Below are positions 18,737 to 27,660 of a stretch of 64,000 bases of DNA, piece by piece. A program made the translations under genes and the position numbers. The DNA lies in the IMG/VR virus record IMGVR_UViG_3300042387_002461, positions 2,517 through 66,516 of that record; one strand, given 5' to 3'. Origin of the DNA: a virus. The notes beneath the pieces were generated by a model. The model was given only the letters and a program-made list of their open reading frames with translations. It was not told the DNA's origin and did no database searches. Each line of letters opens with the position of its first letter. The first letter of the stretch is position 1.

Positions 18737-19555
18737 TTAAATTGCTGCGTTGATTGCTGTCATAAGAGCAGAGACTCTTGTATCAAGAAGGGCGAGGTTG
18801 AGGTTTTCTCCGATGGAGTAGAAGGAGATTCGTGCATCGGATCTTTGACCGCCGGGGATTCCTCTGGAAAAAACTCCAAGCCCTGAACTTGAAGGAGTTG
18901 TTGAATTTATGCTTCTTGAAGTCGAAGAGCCGTTAAGCCTTTGAATCATTACTGAAGAGGAAAGTCTACTCGCTCCAAACAGACCTAATGTGCTTTGTGA
19001 GTGAGTAGTATTAAAGTTAGAGCTATTAATTCCGAAAGGAGCCTGCGTTGAGGTGGTTCCTAAAAACGATTGACCCGTTGCAAACGGGTTTGCTATTGCT
19101 GTTCTGACAGTTGTTCCTGACTTGCTTTCTGACTCAGTTTGGTAAACAGCAATGTGCTTTGAGTCTTGAGGGTCTTCATTGTTTCTTCTTTTGGGGTCCA
19201 AATATTTTGTAGATGCATCACCCTTCAATCCGGTCTCGCGGTTATAGTCTGCGGACACAAAATTAAAATTGATCGGGGCGGTGCCAACAAGTGGGACAAG
19301 CGCACCGTTAAGCGTGCGTGCGCCAGCGAGAATGCAGGAGGCTTTGAGGGCGTTCCAGATGCCATCGGATTTGCAGCCGACAATAAAATCGTTGTAAGCA
19401 ATTTTTATGGAATTTTCTAAGGCTTGACCATCAGCAGCTTCAACGGCGGCAATATAAGCAGCAGCAGTAGAGTCATAAGAAGGACTACTTTCTGTTTCGA
19501 ATACAGTTTTGCTAAGAAACTTAGCATTGTCGAGAATTTTGATTAAGGATGCCAT
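18737..19555 (-). CDS. putative virion structural / lectin-like protein
   Basis: GATAAATA promoter; AAAYIAAVEAADGQALE...GLKGDASTKYL; S/T/G-rich beta content. Confidence 0.6.
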   Translation of the reverse strand: MASLIKILDNAKFLSKTVFETESSPSYDSTAAAYIAAVEAADGQALENSIKIAYNDFIVGCKSDGIWNALKASCILAGARTLNGALVPLVGTAPINFNFVSADYNRETGLKGDASTKYLDPKRRNNEDPQDSKHIAVYQTESESKSGTTVRTAIANPFATGQSFLGTTSTQAPFGINSSNFNTTHSQSTLGLFGASRLSSSVMIQRLNGSSTSRSINSTTPSSSGLGVFSRGIPGGQRSDARISFYSIGENLNLALLDTRVSALMTAINAAI

Positions 19556-19849
19556 AAGACATTTTTATTTATCTCAATTTGTTTTTTTTTTGCTCTAAAA
19601 GCAAAATATTTTCAAAAAAGTTTTGAGGAGCAAGGCACTCCTCTTCAAAAGCTCTTTTGCAAGCTCCTCAAAGAACTTCCGAATTTGAACATTTCATCTT
19701 CTTTTCTAGAATCAGAAGATGGGGATAATTCGTTCAACCTTCTCAGAATGATCCCTCCGAAAGATCCTTCCTGAGCTTGGCGCCAAAGGCTTTTCTTCTC
19801 CCTGCAATTTGAAAGTCACCTTTCAAAAGGCCTTGAAAACTGTCTTTTT

Positions 19850-20116
19850 TTATTTATCTGTAATCTTCTGCAAAGCCCTTCCAAGAGCAATTGAATTTCC
19901 AAGCTTCCTGTTCCAATTGTCTTTTTTAGAGCAGACTGCTTCTCCGTAAACATTCTCTCCAGAAGGAGTTGTTATCTCAATCCTCGTAAGACCTCCATTA
20001 GCAGAAAGCTCTTCAAAGACTCCTCCAATCTTTTGAACCTTCTTATAGTTCCTTGTATGAAGAACTCGGACTTTATAACCGCTTCGACGTAGTGTTGCAA
20101 TTGTTGGAATGTTCAT
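19850..20116 (-). CDS. conserved phage protein (G.AVC...D.WNRKLG..IALGRA)
   Basis: Motif common in phage small proteins. Confidence 0.7.
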   Translation of the reverse strand: MNIPTIATLRRSGYKVRVLHTRNYKKVQKIGGVFEELSANGGLTRIEITTPSGENVYGEAVCSKKDNWNRKLGNSIALGRALQKITDK

Positions 20117-20117
20117 T

Positions 20118-20321
20118 TTAAATATTTAGTGCAAGTTTCTCGCAATGTTCATAAATTTCCCAAGCTTCATCATCAGCTCCAAAATCGCTGTGACCAATGA
20201 TTGAGACAAGCTCTTCTTCATTGATTTGTTCAAAATTGTCTCCAATCTTAATCCTCTTTGCAATCTTGCTCAGAGTGCTTCCAGAAATAAGAGATCCGTT
20301 AGAAGTTGTAAAGTAACTCAT
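20118..20321 (-). CDS. hypothetical protein
   Basis: 67 aa ORF in operon. Confidence 0.6.
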   Translation of the reverse strand: MSYFTTSNGSLISGSTLSKIAKRIKIGDNFEQINEEELVSIIGHSDFGADDEAWEIYEHCEKLALNI

Positions 20322-20743
20322 CTTCTGTCTCTTAGCGCTTGCTCCAAAGGATGTCTTTCAAGTAAGGCTCTTGCATATGACGTTCAATCCAGGTGGTTTG
20401 GACAAAAACTGAGCACCTTCCAAAAGACTCAACAGGAAACAATTTCGAAAGGATTGTTTCAATGATAGTTTTAAAGTTCTTATTCATTCTCGTCCTCCAC
20501 GTTTGTTGCAACAACCAAGCTCCATCCAAGCATTTCCAAAGCTGCTGAGCAAGGATCTTCTCCTTCTGCAACTTGGAAGTCAATTGTGTCATTTCCATCA
20601 TGTTCATTGATTAGGCGATATGTTGTCATGTTATTACTTTGTTTTGTTGATTCCAACTTTAATTGATGTTTTAGTGACTTTGAAGTATGTTGTGGTTTTG
20701 TTCATGAGTTTTATATTAGAGATTGATGACGGACAAGGCAAGA

Positions 20744-20923
20744 TTAAGCTTCCCAAACTTGCCACTCTTCTTCACTCATTGTGTAGTCATATTGACTTTC
20801 TGGAACATCTCCTGAAAGCAAGATCTGCTCTGCCTTGATCTTTGCCTCTTCCTCAGAAGAAGCTTCAACAGCAATGATGGTTTTGTATACTTCTTTAACA
20901 GCTACTTCGTATTTTTTATTCAT
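20744..20923 (-). CDS. DpnD/PcfM-like small protein
   Basis: KYEVAVKE.....VEASSEEEA; start corrected. Confidence 0.65.
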   Translation of the reverse strand: MNKKYEVAVKEVYKTIIAVEASSEEEAKIKAEQILLSGDVPESQYDYTMSEEEWQVWEA

Positions 20924-20958
20924 AACAGGATTGATGTTAGAGATTGATTGTGGACAGA

Positions 20959-21312
20959 TCAATATGAAAGATCTTCGTGCGAGACAATTTCGACACTTCC
21001 GTCAGCTTTAGTAATAACTACTTGAAGATTCTCTTCTCCCGGAAATTTTGGTTTATCGAACCATTCTTCTACAAATTCAAAGTCTTTAGGATCAAGGAGT
21101 ACCATAGTATATCCTTCTTTGAACAATTCCACAAAACCGAGCTTGCTGATGTCTTGAATTGCTGCGCTCAACCTATGAACATCATGTTCAAAGAATTTGA
21201 CATTATCTTCTTTAAGACCATCAGTAAGGATGTCTGTATAAGAAGCATAGAGATTCCTTTTGAGCTGCTCTTCGGTTGTTTTGATTGTGTGCAGTTTGGT
21301 AGTAGTAATCAT
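20959..21312 (-). CDS. hypothetical early cassette protein
   Basis: Start corrected; stop overlaps next -35. Confidence 0.75.
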   Translation of the reverse strand: MITTTKLHTIKTTEEQLKRNLYASYTDILTDGLKEDNVKFFEHDVHRLSAAIQDISKLGFVELFKEGYTMVLLDPKDFEFVEEWFDKPKFPGEENLQVVITKADGSVEIVSHEDLSY

Positions 21313-21347
21313 AACAGGATTTATATTAGAGGTTGATTGTGGACAGC

Positions 21348-21680
21348 TCAAGCAATTTTAAATTTGAACTGCTTGAGTTGAGTTTTGGTCCACCTGTTGT
21401 GCAGATTAGAACCAGACTCAAGAGCCTTCTCAAGAGTATTCATGACGTTCCCGTTTACAAATGCATGACAATCAAGCTCATACGTACCTTCAATATATTC
21501 AGCACCAATTACACTATACTGTTTAATGTTGCTAAGGATCTCAGCCTGAATGATATCTCCAGTCTTAATCTCTCGTCCGAAATGTTTAGTAAGAAATTCT
21601 GTAAATGATTGAAGCTTGAGAAGCTTCTTCTCTTGCTTGAGTTGATTGATCTGTTGTGTGAGTTCTTTTTGTTTGTTCAT
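21348..21680 (-). CDS. hypothetical early cassette protein
   Basis: Own promoter; stop overlaps next -35. Confidence 0.75.
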   Translation of the reverse strand: MNKQKELTQQINQLKQEKKLLKLQSFTEFLTKHFGREIKTGDIIQAEILSNIKQYSVIGAEYIEGTYELDCHAFVNGNVMNTLEKALESGSNLHNRWTKTQLKQFKFKIA

Positions 21681-21722
21681 TACTCAAAAGATATTAGAGA
21701 TTGTTGAAGGACAAGTCGAGAA

Positions 21723-21905
21723 TTATTTTGACTTAATGATTTGTATTTGAAATTCCGAATTATCACGCATCTTCAAGACAATTCCAGAATTGTTTGTAAG
21801 AAGACCTTTTGCTTCAAACGTTTCAAAGTCTTTGATCATTCCATCTTCATTTTGCGCAAAGCCAAAAACTTCCATCAAATAACTTTCTAGTTCGAATGCT
21901 TTCAT
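21723..21905 (-). CDS. hypothetical early cassette protein
   Basis: Start corrected; TFEAKGLLTNNSGIVL. Confidence 0.7.
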   Translation of the reverse strand: MKAFELESYLMEVFGFAQNEDGMIKDFETFEAKGLLTNNSGIVLKMRDNSEFQIQIIKSK

Positions 21906-21968
21906 GGTTTTTATTCTAGAGATTGTTGAAGGACAGCTCAACGAAATTTTCTACAGTTGTGTAGTGGC

Positions 21969-22175
21969 TCAATCAAGAAATACAGGAGTGGCTTCTCCAA
22001 CATATGCTCCTGCAACATTAAATTCAAAGCATTCCAGAGCCTCTTCCTCTGTCATATCTCTTTGAAAGATTTCCAGAACTTTTGCTTTAGAATAAACTGC
22101 AACAGGCTGATTGAATTGCTTGCCGGTTCCAATCAAAGCCTCTTCCAAACCATCACAAAACAATATTTCTTTCAT
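21969..22175 (-). CDS. conserved phage protein (DG.EEALIG...AVY...EEA.E.FEFN..GAYVGE.TP)
   Basis: Recognisable widespread phage motif. Confidence 0.75.
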   Translation of the reverse strand: MKEILFCDGLEEALIGTGKQFNQPVAVYSKAKVLEIFQRDMTEEEALECFEFNVAGAYVGEATPVFLD

Positions 22176-22424
22176 AATCAATTCAACCAAGCTTTTTGTT
22201 CAAGTCCTTTTGCAGTTAGTTCAGAAAGTGCTTTCAAATATTCTTCTGTTGTCGGATCTTGCTTGAAGGCTTTTGAAAACAATTCAAGGAAGTCAAAACC
22301 TCCAAAGTCCTTCTCTTGTTCTTTTGAGATAATAGTCATACAAAAACTTTCTGAAATCTTTTTGGACTCGACAACAATTATTTTGAATTATTTTCAAGAA
22401 GGTCTTTTAAAGCCCGTGCACAGA

Positions 22425-22468
22425 CATAGCGATTCTTGGCACTAGGATCGCTTTAAAATCGTTTTGTT
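22425..22468. repeat. 44-bp dispersed intergenic repeat, copy 2
   Basis: CATAGCGATTCTTGGCACTAGGATCGCTTTAAAATCGTTTTGTT. Confidence 0.85.
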
Positions 22469-22782
22469 TAGTTTTTGGGAATTATGGTCGACTCAGCATC
22501 AAATTCCCTGAGAAGTGTGAATTCTTCCTCATCACCGTCAGAATTGATAAGCGTCAGAGTGCTTCCTTCAATCAGAGCAACTTGGTTGTCGCCTTCATAA
22601 AAAGAAATCTCTACAGTCAGATTCTCATCATCAAATTCCTCTTCCCAAGAAACATACATGAATTCATTTGAGTCATCATCCTGCACTCCCATCAAGGTTG
22701 GTTCAATTAAACGACCTTCCAGAACAATAGCAGTGCTCAGTTGGAGTAGGTCATAGGCTTGATGTAGATTTACTTCTTTCAC
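22468..22782 (-). CDS. hypothetical acidic protein
   Basis: GTG start behind TTGACTATCC promoter. Confidence 0.7.
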   Translation of the reverse strand: MKEVNLHQAYDLLQLSTAIVLEGRLIEPTLMGVQDDDSNEFMYVSWEEEFDDENLTVEISFYEGDNQVALIEGSTLTLINSDGDEEEFTLLREFDAESTIIPKN

Positions 22783-22884
22783 TCGAAAAGTCTCAATGCT
22801 TTTGGAGGATAGTCAAGCGAAGCGTGAGGAATATTTTTTTTGAAAATAGTTTGTTGATTAGGGTTGAAGAGATCTCTAATTATC

Positions 22885-23340
22885 CTCAGACAAATATCTC
22901 AAACCATCTCTGTAGTGCAAAATGGTTTGACGAGATCGAGCAAACTGAATGATCGAATCGCAGTTGGCATAGGCCAATGAACAAATTGCTTCTCGTTAAA
23001 AAACACCCATGGTGAAAGTTCTGGCTGGATCGTAATCATGGACTGCAGGATATCCGACGTTAAAAATCTCAAGACTGTTCCGAGACGAGGGAACAATTCA
23101 ATCCAAATGACTGCTTATATAGGAACCGGAGGCAGTGGTGTTTTGATACCAAAAGAATTGTGGCTTACAGACCTGATGTGCGAAAAGGCCCGTACTAAGA
23201 GTACGAAATTTGCATAGTTCATTCTTTCCATTTGACGGAGGGATGAACTATGCTCAAGAACCCACCGAAGAGTATCCTTAGTAGTTGATAATAAAGAAGT
23301 TAGTCTGAAAGCTAACGCCTTCGGTGTGAAGAAATAAAAA
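22885..23340 (+). ncRNA. large structured non-coding RNA (family unassigned)
   Basis: At least nine hairpins with G.U pairs on + strand; promoter-like TTGATT-N17-TAATTA upstream; no credible ORF. Confidence 0.7.
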
Positions 23341-23366
23341 AGAGTTGCTGCTCTAAGAAAAAAAAA

Positions 23367-23444
23367 ACTCAAGTCCTACACTAATAACAATTTTATTGCT
23401 TAATATGAAAAAAGTAATGAAAAGTAGGACTTGAGTGATAAGTA
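23367..23444 (+). promoter_or_regulatory. long hairpin abutting late promoter GATAAGTA of HNH gene
   Basis: ACTCAAGTCCTAC/GTAGGACTTGAGT 13-bp inverted repeat; same architecture at 34855 and 62295. Confidence 0.7.
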
Positions 23445-23447
23445 CTT

Positions 23448-24407
23448 ATGCTTAATATGAATAAAATAAACCTACGTAACCAAGATGGCTCTCTGTCTCC
23501 AGAGGCACAACTATTACTATCAATTGACCTAAAGTCTTTTTCAACCGTAGAAGAAAAGAAAGCCGCTCGAAAACTTTTAGATGAATTTAGAGCTAAACTT
23601 TCTAAAGAGGACGTAAAAGAGTTTCAGAGATTGAAGAAATGCATAAGAAGTAAAAAATGGGCTGCTGAAAATCCTGCAAAATGCAGGGCAAGTGACGCAA
23701 AGTGGAGAGCTAAGAATCCTGAAAAAGTAAAGCAAGACAGTGCAAAATGGTGGGATGAAAATCCTGACTATGCTGCTGCTTGGCGGGAGAAAAATCCTGA
23801 AAAGACGAAGGAAAGCAATGCAAGATGGTATGCTAAGAATCCTGAAAAGTCAAAGAAAAACAGCGCAAAGTGGAAAGCTGAAAATCCAGAGAAAGCAAAT
23901 GAAAGCAGCGCAAAGTGGAGAGCTGAGAATCCTGACTATGCTGTTGCTTGGAGAGCTGAGAATCCGGACTACCATGATGATTGGAGAGCTGAGAATCCCA
24001 GACACCATGCTGAATGGCGCGCAGCTAATCCCGAAAAGGTAAAAAAAGAACGAAGCAAACCTAAAAATAAATTAAGAAATGCTGTCCTCACAGCTTTCAA
24101 AAGAATAGGTCAAAACAAACCAACAAACACTCTCAAACTGTTAGGATGCACTTGGGAAGAAGCTAAAGCTCACTTTGAAAGTCTTTTTCTGGAAGGAATG
24201 ACTTGGGAAAATCATGGAAGAGGAGAAGGTAAGTGGCACATTGATCACATCCGTCCTGTAGCTTCTTTCAAGGGAGCTAGCGAGGAGGAATTAAAACAAA
24301 TGAATCACATTTCTAATCTCCAGCCTCTTTGGTCAGCTGATAATATCAGAAAAGGAGATAAATGGGATGGAGAATTAAACTCTGAAATATTAAACTTTGA
24401 AGTCTAA
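23448..24407 (+). CDS. HNH endonuclease with W(R/Y)AENP tandem repeats
   Basis: LLGCT...EGMTWEN.G...WHIDHIRP...NHISNLQPLW..DN; about 11 repeats of 10-14 aa. Confidence 0.85.
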   Translation: MLNMNKINLRNQDGSLSPEAQLLLSIDLKSFSTVEEKKAARKLLDEFRAKLSKEDVKEFQRLKKCIRSKKWAAENPAKCRASDAKWRAKNPEKVKQDSAKWWDENPDYAAAWREKNPEKTKESNARWYAKNPEKSKKNSAKWKAENPEKANESSAKWRAENPDYAVAWRAENPDYHDDWRAENPRHHAEWRAANPEKVKKERSKPKNKLRNAVLTAFKRIGQNKPTNTLKLLGCTWEEAKAHFESLFLEGMTWENHGRGEGKWHIDHIRPVASFKGASEEELKQMNHISNLQPLWSADNIRKGDKWDGELNSEILNFEV

Positions 24408-24411
24408 TCTT

Positions 24412-24840
24412 TTAAGGAACAAAAAGATCTCCTTGAAAAATGTAACCTGTAATCCAACACCTCGAAGCGTCCTTCACAAAAATGTGCTCCGAGGACAATT
24501 TAGCAGACTCACAGTCCGTGGCGATAATCAATACAACATCACCCTCAGAGGCAGCTCTTACAAAATCTCTCAGAACATTCAAACCATTCTTCAGAGACAA
24601 TGAAGAACCATTGTACCATCTTACATTTTTGAAAACCCAACGTTCAAGTTCTTCATCTCTCATGTCATTCAAAAGTTCTCCGAAGCAATCTTTTAGAATT
24701 GCTTTATTGAGAGGGTCAACTGAAGGCTTTAAAAAGTTGTCTTTGAGAATTTGTTTTGAGTCCTCAATTGAAACTCCTTTATAGCCAATGAAGTTTGGGT
24801 CCTTAGTGAGATTATAAAGATCTTTGAAGTTGTTTGACAT
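24412..24840 (-). CDS. hypothetical late protein, weak ADP-ribosyltransferase-like N-terminus
   Basis: GYKGVS.....I.....LKPS pattern. Confidence 0.55.
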   Translation of the reverse strand: MSNNFKDLYNLTKDPNFIGYKGVSIEDSKQILKDNFLKPSVDPLNKAILKDCFGELLNDMRDEELERWVFKNVRWYNGSSLSLKNGLNVLRDFVRAASEGDVVLIIATDCESAKLSSEHIFVKDASRCWITGYIFQGDLFVP

Positions 24841-24875
24841 GCTTTTAAATTATCTTACAACAGCTTTAGAATTTT

Positions 24876-25184
24876 TCAAATCGTTTGATGAATTGTTGGC
24901 AAGCCAAGAACAAATCCAACTTTCTCAACTACTCTGTGACCCTTTCCGCCAATATGCCAAAGATAATCTCCAGAAGGAATCTCACTTACCTTCCAATCAT
25001 AAATCGTTGCAACAGTATCTTCGTCAAATTCTAGAATCCATTCACAAGTCACCTTTCCGTCTCCAGAATGATCTCGAATTGGTTCACCAAGCTTCTTGAT
25101 AAGAGTTTCAAGATTTGCTTTAACATAGCCCCTCAAAGAGGTTTCGTTTGATACTGATGTGTCTGTAGTTACTTTGTAGTTCAT
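24876..25184 (-). CDS. conserved phage protein (TSLRGY...GEP...DGKV..EW...ATIYDWK...WHIGG)
   Basis: Recognisable widespread phage motif. Confidence 0.8.
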   Translation of the reverse strand: MNYKVTTDTSVSNETSLRGYVKANLETLIKKLGEPIRDHSGDGKVTCEWILEFDEDTVATIYDWKVSEIPSGDYLWHIGGKGHRVVEKVGFVLGLPTIHQTI

Positions 25185-25426
25185 TTTGTAATAATGTAGT
25201 TGTCTAGAATATATTCAGAAGGATTTTCAATTCCAATCTCCTCTTCCAGAACTGCTCGCAAGTCATCAATTGATTCGCAATCATCAAACTTCTTTTTGAG
25301 AGGATCGTGCACATCTTTCTTCCACTCTGCAAGCTCTTTTTTGTCTTCGCAATATTCTTCAGCCTGGCTGAGAAGAAATTCAAGTTCTTGTTTCGCAACT
25401 TTTTCGATAAGGTCTTTAAGATTCAT
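25181..25426 (-). CDS. hypothetical early cassette protein
   Basis: Start corrected. Confidence 0.7.
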   Translation of the reverse strand: MNLKDLIEKVAKQELEFLLSQAEEYCEDKKELAEWKKDVHDPLKKKFDDCESIDDLRAVLEEEIGIENPSEYILDNYIITK

Positions 25427-25467
25427 AACAGGATTGATATTAGAGATTGTTGATGGACAGCTCAAGA

Positions 25468-25725
25468 TTATTCTTCAACTGCTCCAACCAAATTGACTGT
25501 TTCGTTTACGATATCAATTGACACAATAGTTTTGAAAAGCTCTTCGAATGTTTCAATAATCTCATTGAATTTACTCTTGCTTTCTCCATCCCATTCTTCT
25601 CCAGTAATTGCAAGATGAGTTTCACTGAGACCAATTTGACTGTCTCCTCGCTCCTCCCAAAGTTCGTTGCAAAGCTGATTTGCAAATTCGTAATCCAGAC
25701 CTTTTGTAGTTTGATTAGTTGTCAT
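25468..25725 (-). CDS. hypothetical early cassette protein
   Basis: Own promoter. Confidence 0.7.
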   Translation of the reverse strand: MTTNQTTKGLDYEFANQLCNELWEERGDSQIGLSETHLAITGEEWDGESKSKFNEIIETFEELFKTIVSIDIVNETVNLVGAVEE

Positions 25726-25763
25726 TGAGAAATAATTTAGAGATTTGTTGAGGACAGCTCAAC

Positions 25764-25952
25764 TTAGTTTCTGCAAGATCCTTCACAATCCATCTCGCGC
25801 TCTGAGTCTAATATAAACCTCAGAGCCTCAAGAGATTGCTTCACATAACCTCTTGAAGCACCAGACTTGTTTCTATTAGGAAAGTGCTGCATGATAGTAA
25901 GATAGAGAGACGTCACTATAGATCGTCTAATGTTGAGAGGTGTGTCGTTCAT
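25764..25952 (-). CDS. hypothetical early cassette protein
   Basis: Start corrected. Confidence 0.65.
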   Translation of the reverse strand: MNDTPLNIRRSIVTSLYLTIMQHFPNRNKSGASRGYVKQSLEALRFILDSEREMDCEGSCRN

Positions 25953-26031
25953 AACAAAATTGATCTTAGAGATTGATGTTGGACAGTTCAAGAACCTTTT
26001 TGAAGATCTTTTCAATATCTCCGTGTGCAAA

Positions 26032-26075
26032 CATAGCGATTCTTGGCTCTAGAATGCGTTTAAAATCGTTTTGTT
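26032..26075. repeat. 44-bp dispersed intergenic repeat, copy 3
   Basis: CATAGCGATTCTTGGCTCTAGAATGCGTTTAAAATCGTTTTGTT. Confidence 0.85.
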
Positions 26076-26156
26076 GATTGATCTGTGATTTGCCTCAGAA
26101 AGCAGGAAAGGATCTCAAAAAGAGATCCCTCCTCGAAGTTGTTTGAAAATTTTGAA

Positions 26157-26462
26157 TCAGAGACTGAATTGAACCTTTGGCTTATAATAGACACAATATG
26201 TTGGACCTCCATAAGCAAAAGGACCAGCGTTTGTCTTCCAGTTCATTACTGTGACGTTCAGAAATGGTCGACGCTTTTCAATAAAGCTCTGAAGTTTGAA
26301 CAGATCATCAATAGTGAGATCATTGTCTCGTGAAGTATAGAACTTGATGCGTCGTTGATTCTTCGTAGCATCATTGAAGTAATAAAAGAAGTCTTTGTTC
26401 AACTCTTTCAATCCTTCGCGAATGTCCGAGATCCAGGTTTGGTGTTTTGGAGTGTTTGTCAT
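26157..26462 (-). CDS. hypothetical early cassette protein
   Basis: Own promoter; followed by hairpin at ~26105-26133. Confidence 0.75.
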   Translation of the reverse strand: MTNTPKHQTWISDIREGLKELNKDFFYYFNDATKNQRRIKFYTSRDNDLTIDDLFKLQSFIEKRRPFLNVTVMNWKTNAGPFAYGGPTYCVYYKPKVQFSL

Positions 26463-26500
26463 GGTTTTGATATTAGAGATTGTTCAGGGACAGATTAATA

Positions 26501-26689
26501 CTAAATATTGCTGTAATGAGTCGGATTGTTCCACATGATGATGTTGTCTGTATTGTATTTTTCTTTTGCTGCAGCAATCGTTGTGCTTTCATCATTTGAA
26601 GCACAATCACAATCCCACAGACCATTAACAAGAACTGAGAATCGTGGATAAGAATTATTCATTGCAATTTGAAGAGTAGGTTTGTTCAT
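26501..26689 (-). CDS. hypothetical early cassette protein
   Basis: Start corrected. Confidence 0.65.
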   Translation of the reverse strand: MNKPTLQIAMNNSYPRFSVLVNGLWDCDCASNDESTTIAAAKEKYNTDNIIMWNNPTHYSNI

Positions 26690-26729
26690 AACAGAATTGA
26701 TATTAGAGATTCTTTGTGGACAGTTCAAG

Positions 26730-27215
26730 TCAAATCATCATCGAAGAAAGAGTCTCAGATTCTTTCTTAGAAGCATACTCAAGCTGACGTTGTTTCTTCT
26801 CTTGCTCCTTTGAAGGAGAAGTCACTGTCAGCCAAATGGTTTGCCGACCATAATCTTTAGAAACCCAACTTGGGCTGCACCCGCAGCTGCACATGGCTGT
26901 ACGAGACCACTTTAGCTCTTTAGCAATATTCTCATCAAGCAAACCATCTTTGACAGCTTGATTGATGATAACTCGTTGAATCCCAAGCTCTGCTTTGTTA
27001 TATTTTCTCCAGAGCTTATCATTATCCTTATCTTCTCCTTTGTTAGAATACTCTGGGCGTTGCGTAATTCCATTCCAGTTAAGCTCTTCAGGATCAAAGG
27101 GATTGGAAATACTAACAAGTGTGTGCTCGCGCTTCGAAGTATAAGGCTCAGCTTTGCGATGGCTCGTAAGAGAGCAGACTTCTTCGTTGAACTTGATAGA
27201 GGTAGTAGTGTTCAT
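26730..27215 (-). CDS. phage protein with WS..A.CSCGCSP motif
   Basis: Start corrected; Cys cluster. Confidence 0.75.
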   Translation of the reverse strand: MNTTTSIKFNEEVCSLTSHRKAEPYTSKREHTLVSISNPFDPEELNWNGITQRPEYSNKGEDKDNDKLWRKYNKAELGIQRVIINQAVKDGLLDENIAKELKWSRTAMCSCGCSPSWVSKDYGRQTIWLTVTSPSKEQEKKQRQLEYASKKESETLSSMMI

Positions 27216-27250
27216 AACAGAAAAGATCTTAGAGAGTCTTGTTGGACAGC

Positions 27251-27490
27251 TCAAGCTTCAAAGCAAGCTTCTTCGAATTGATTGACAAAGCTTTTTGATA
27301 AATCCCAGCTAGAGATGAACTGCAGACCACAGCTTTCGTTGAATGCTTTCTTTAACTCTTTGATTGGGAGAATATCATAACCACAATCTCGAGCTTCTTC
27401 TCGATCGTTCTCAGACTCAAGAATGTATATCTTGTGGCAATCGTCGTATGCAAAATGTGTTGCTTTAGTTTGTTGGCCGTTTATTGTCAT
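27251..27490 (-). CDS. conserved phage protein (FAYDDCHKIY...SCGLQFI..WDL)
   Basis: Own promoter; stop overlaps next -35. Confidence 0.75.
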   Translation of the reverse strand: MTINGQQTKATHFAYDDCHKIYILESENDREEARDCGYDILPIKELKKAFNESCGLQFISSWDLSKSFVNQFEEACFEA

Positions 27491-27660
27491 GTTTTTAATA
27501 ATAGAGTTTTGTTGTGGACAGGTCGAGAAATTATTCTTCTAAACAATTTTGAGCCCATTCTCGACAATCTTGCATCCATTCTTCATATGTGCAAGTCTTT
27601 TCTTCCATTCCTTCAAAGTCTCCTTCTCCATAAGCTTCTTCATAGTTAAACATTTTATTG

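Noticed and set aside
23170-23215. Hammerhead-like CTGATG...CGAAA in the large ncRNA (also CTGACGA at 45713)
   Set aside because: Core is CTGATGT rather than CTGANGA, or stems I-III cannot be formed around it
27625-27644. Predicted TnpB guide TATGAAGAAGCTTATGG resembles DNA encoding the LLEEAY tag (GAAGAAGCTTAT)
   Set aside because: Match misses the TAM-proximal bases and no TAAC-like TAM precedes those sites; explained by shared EEAY codons
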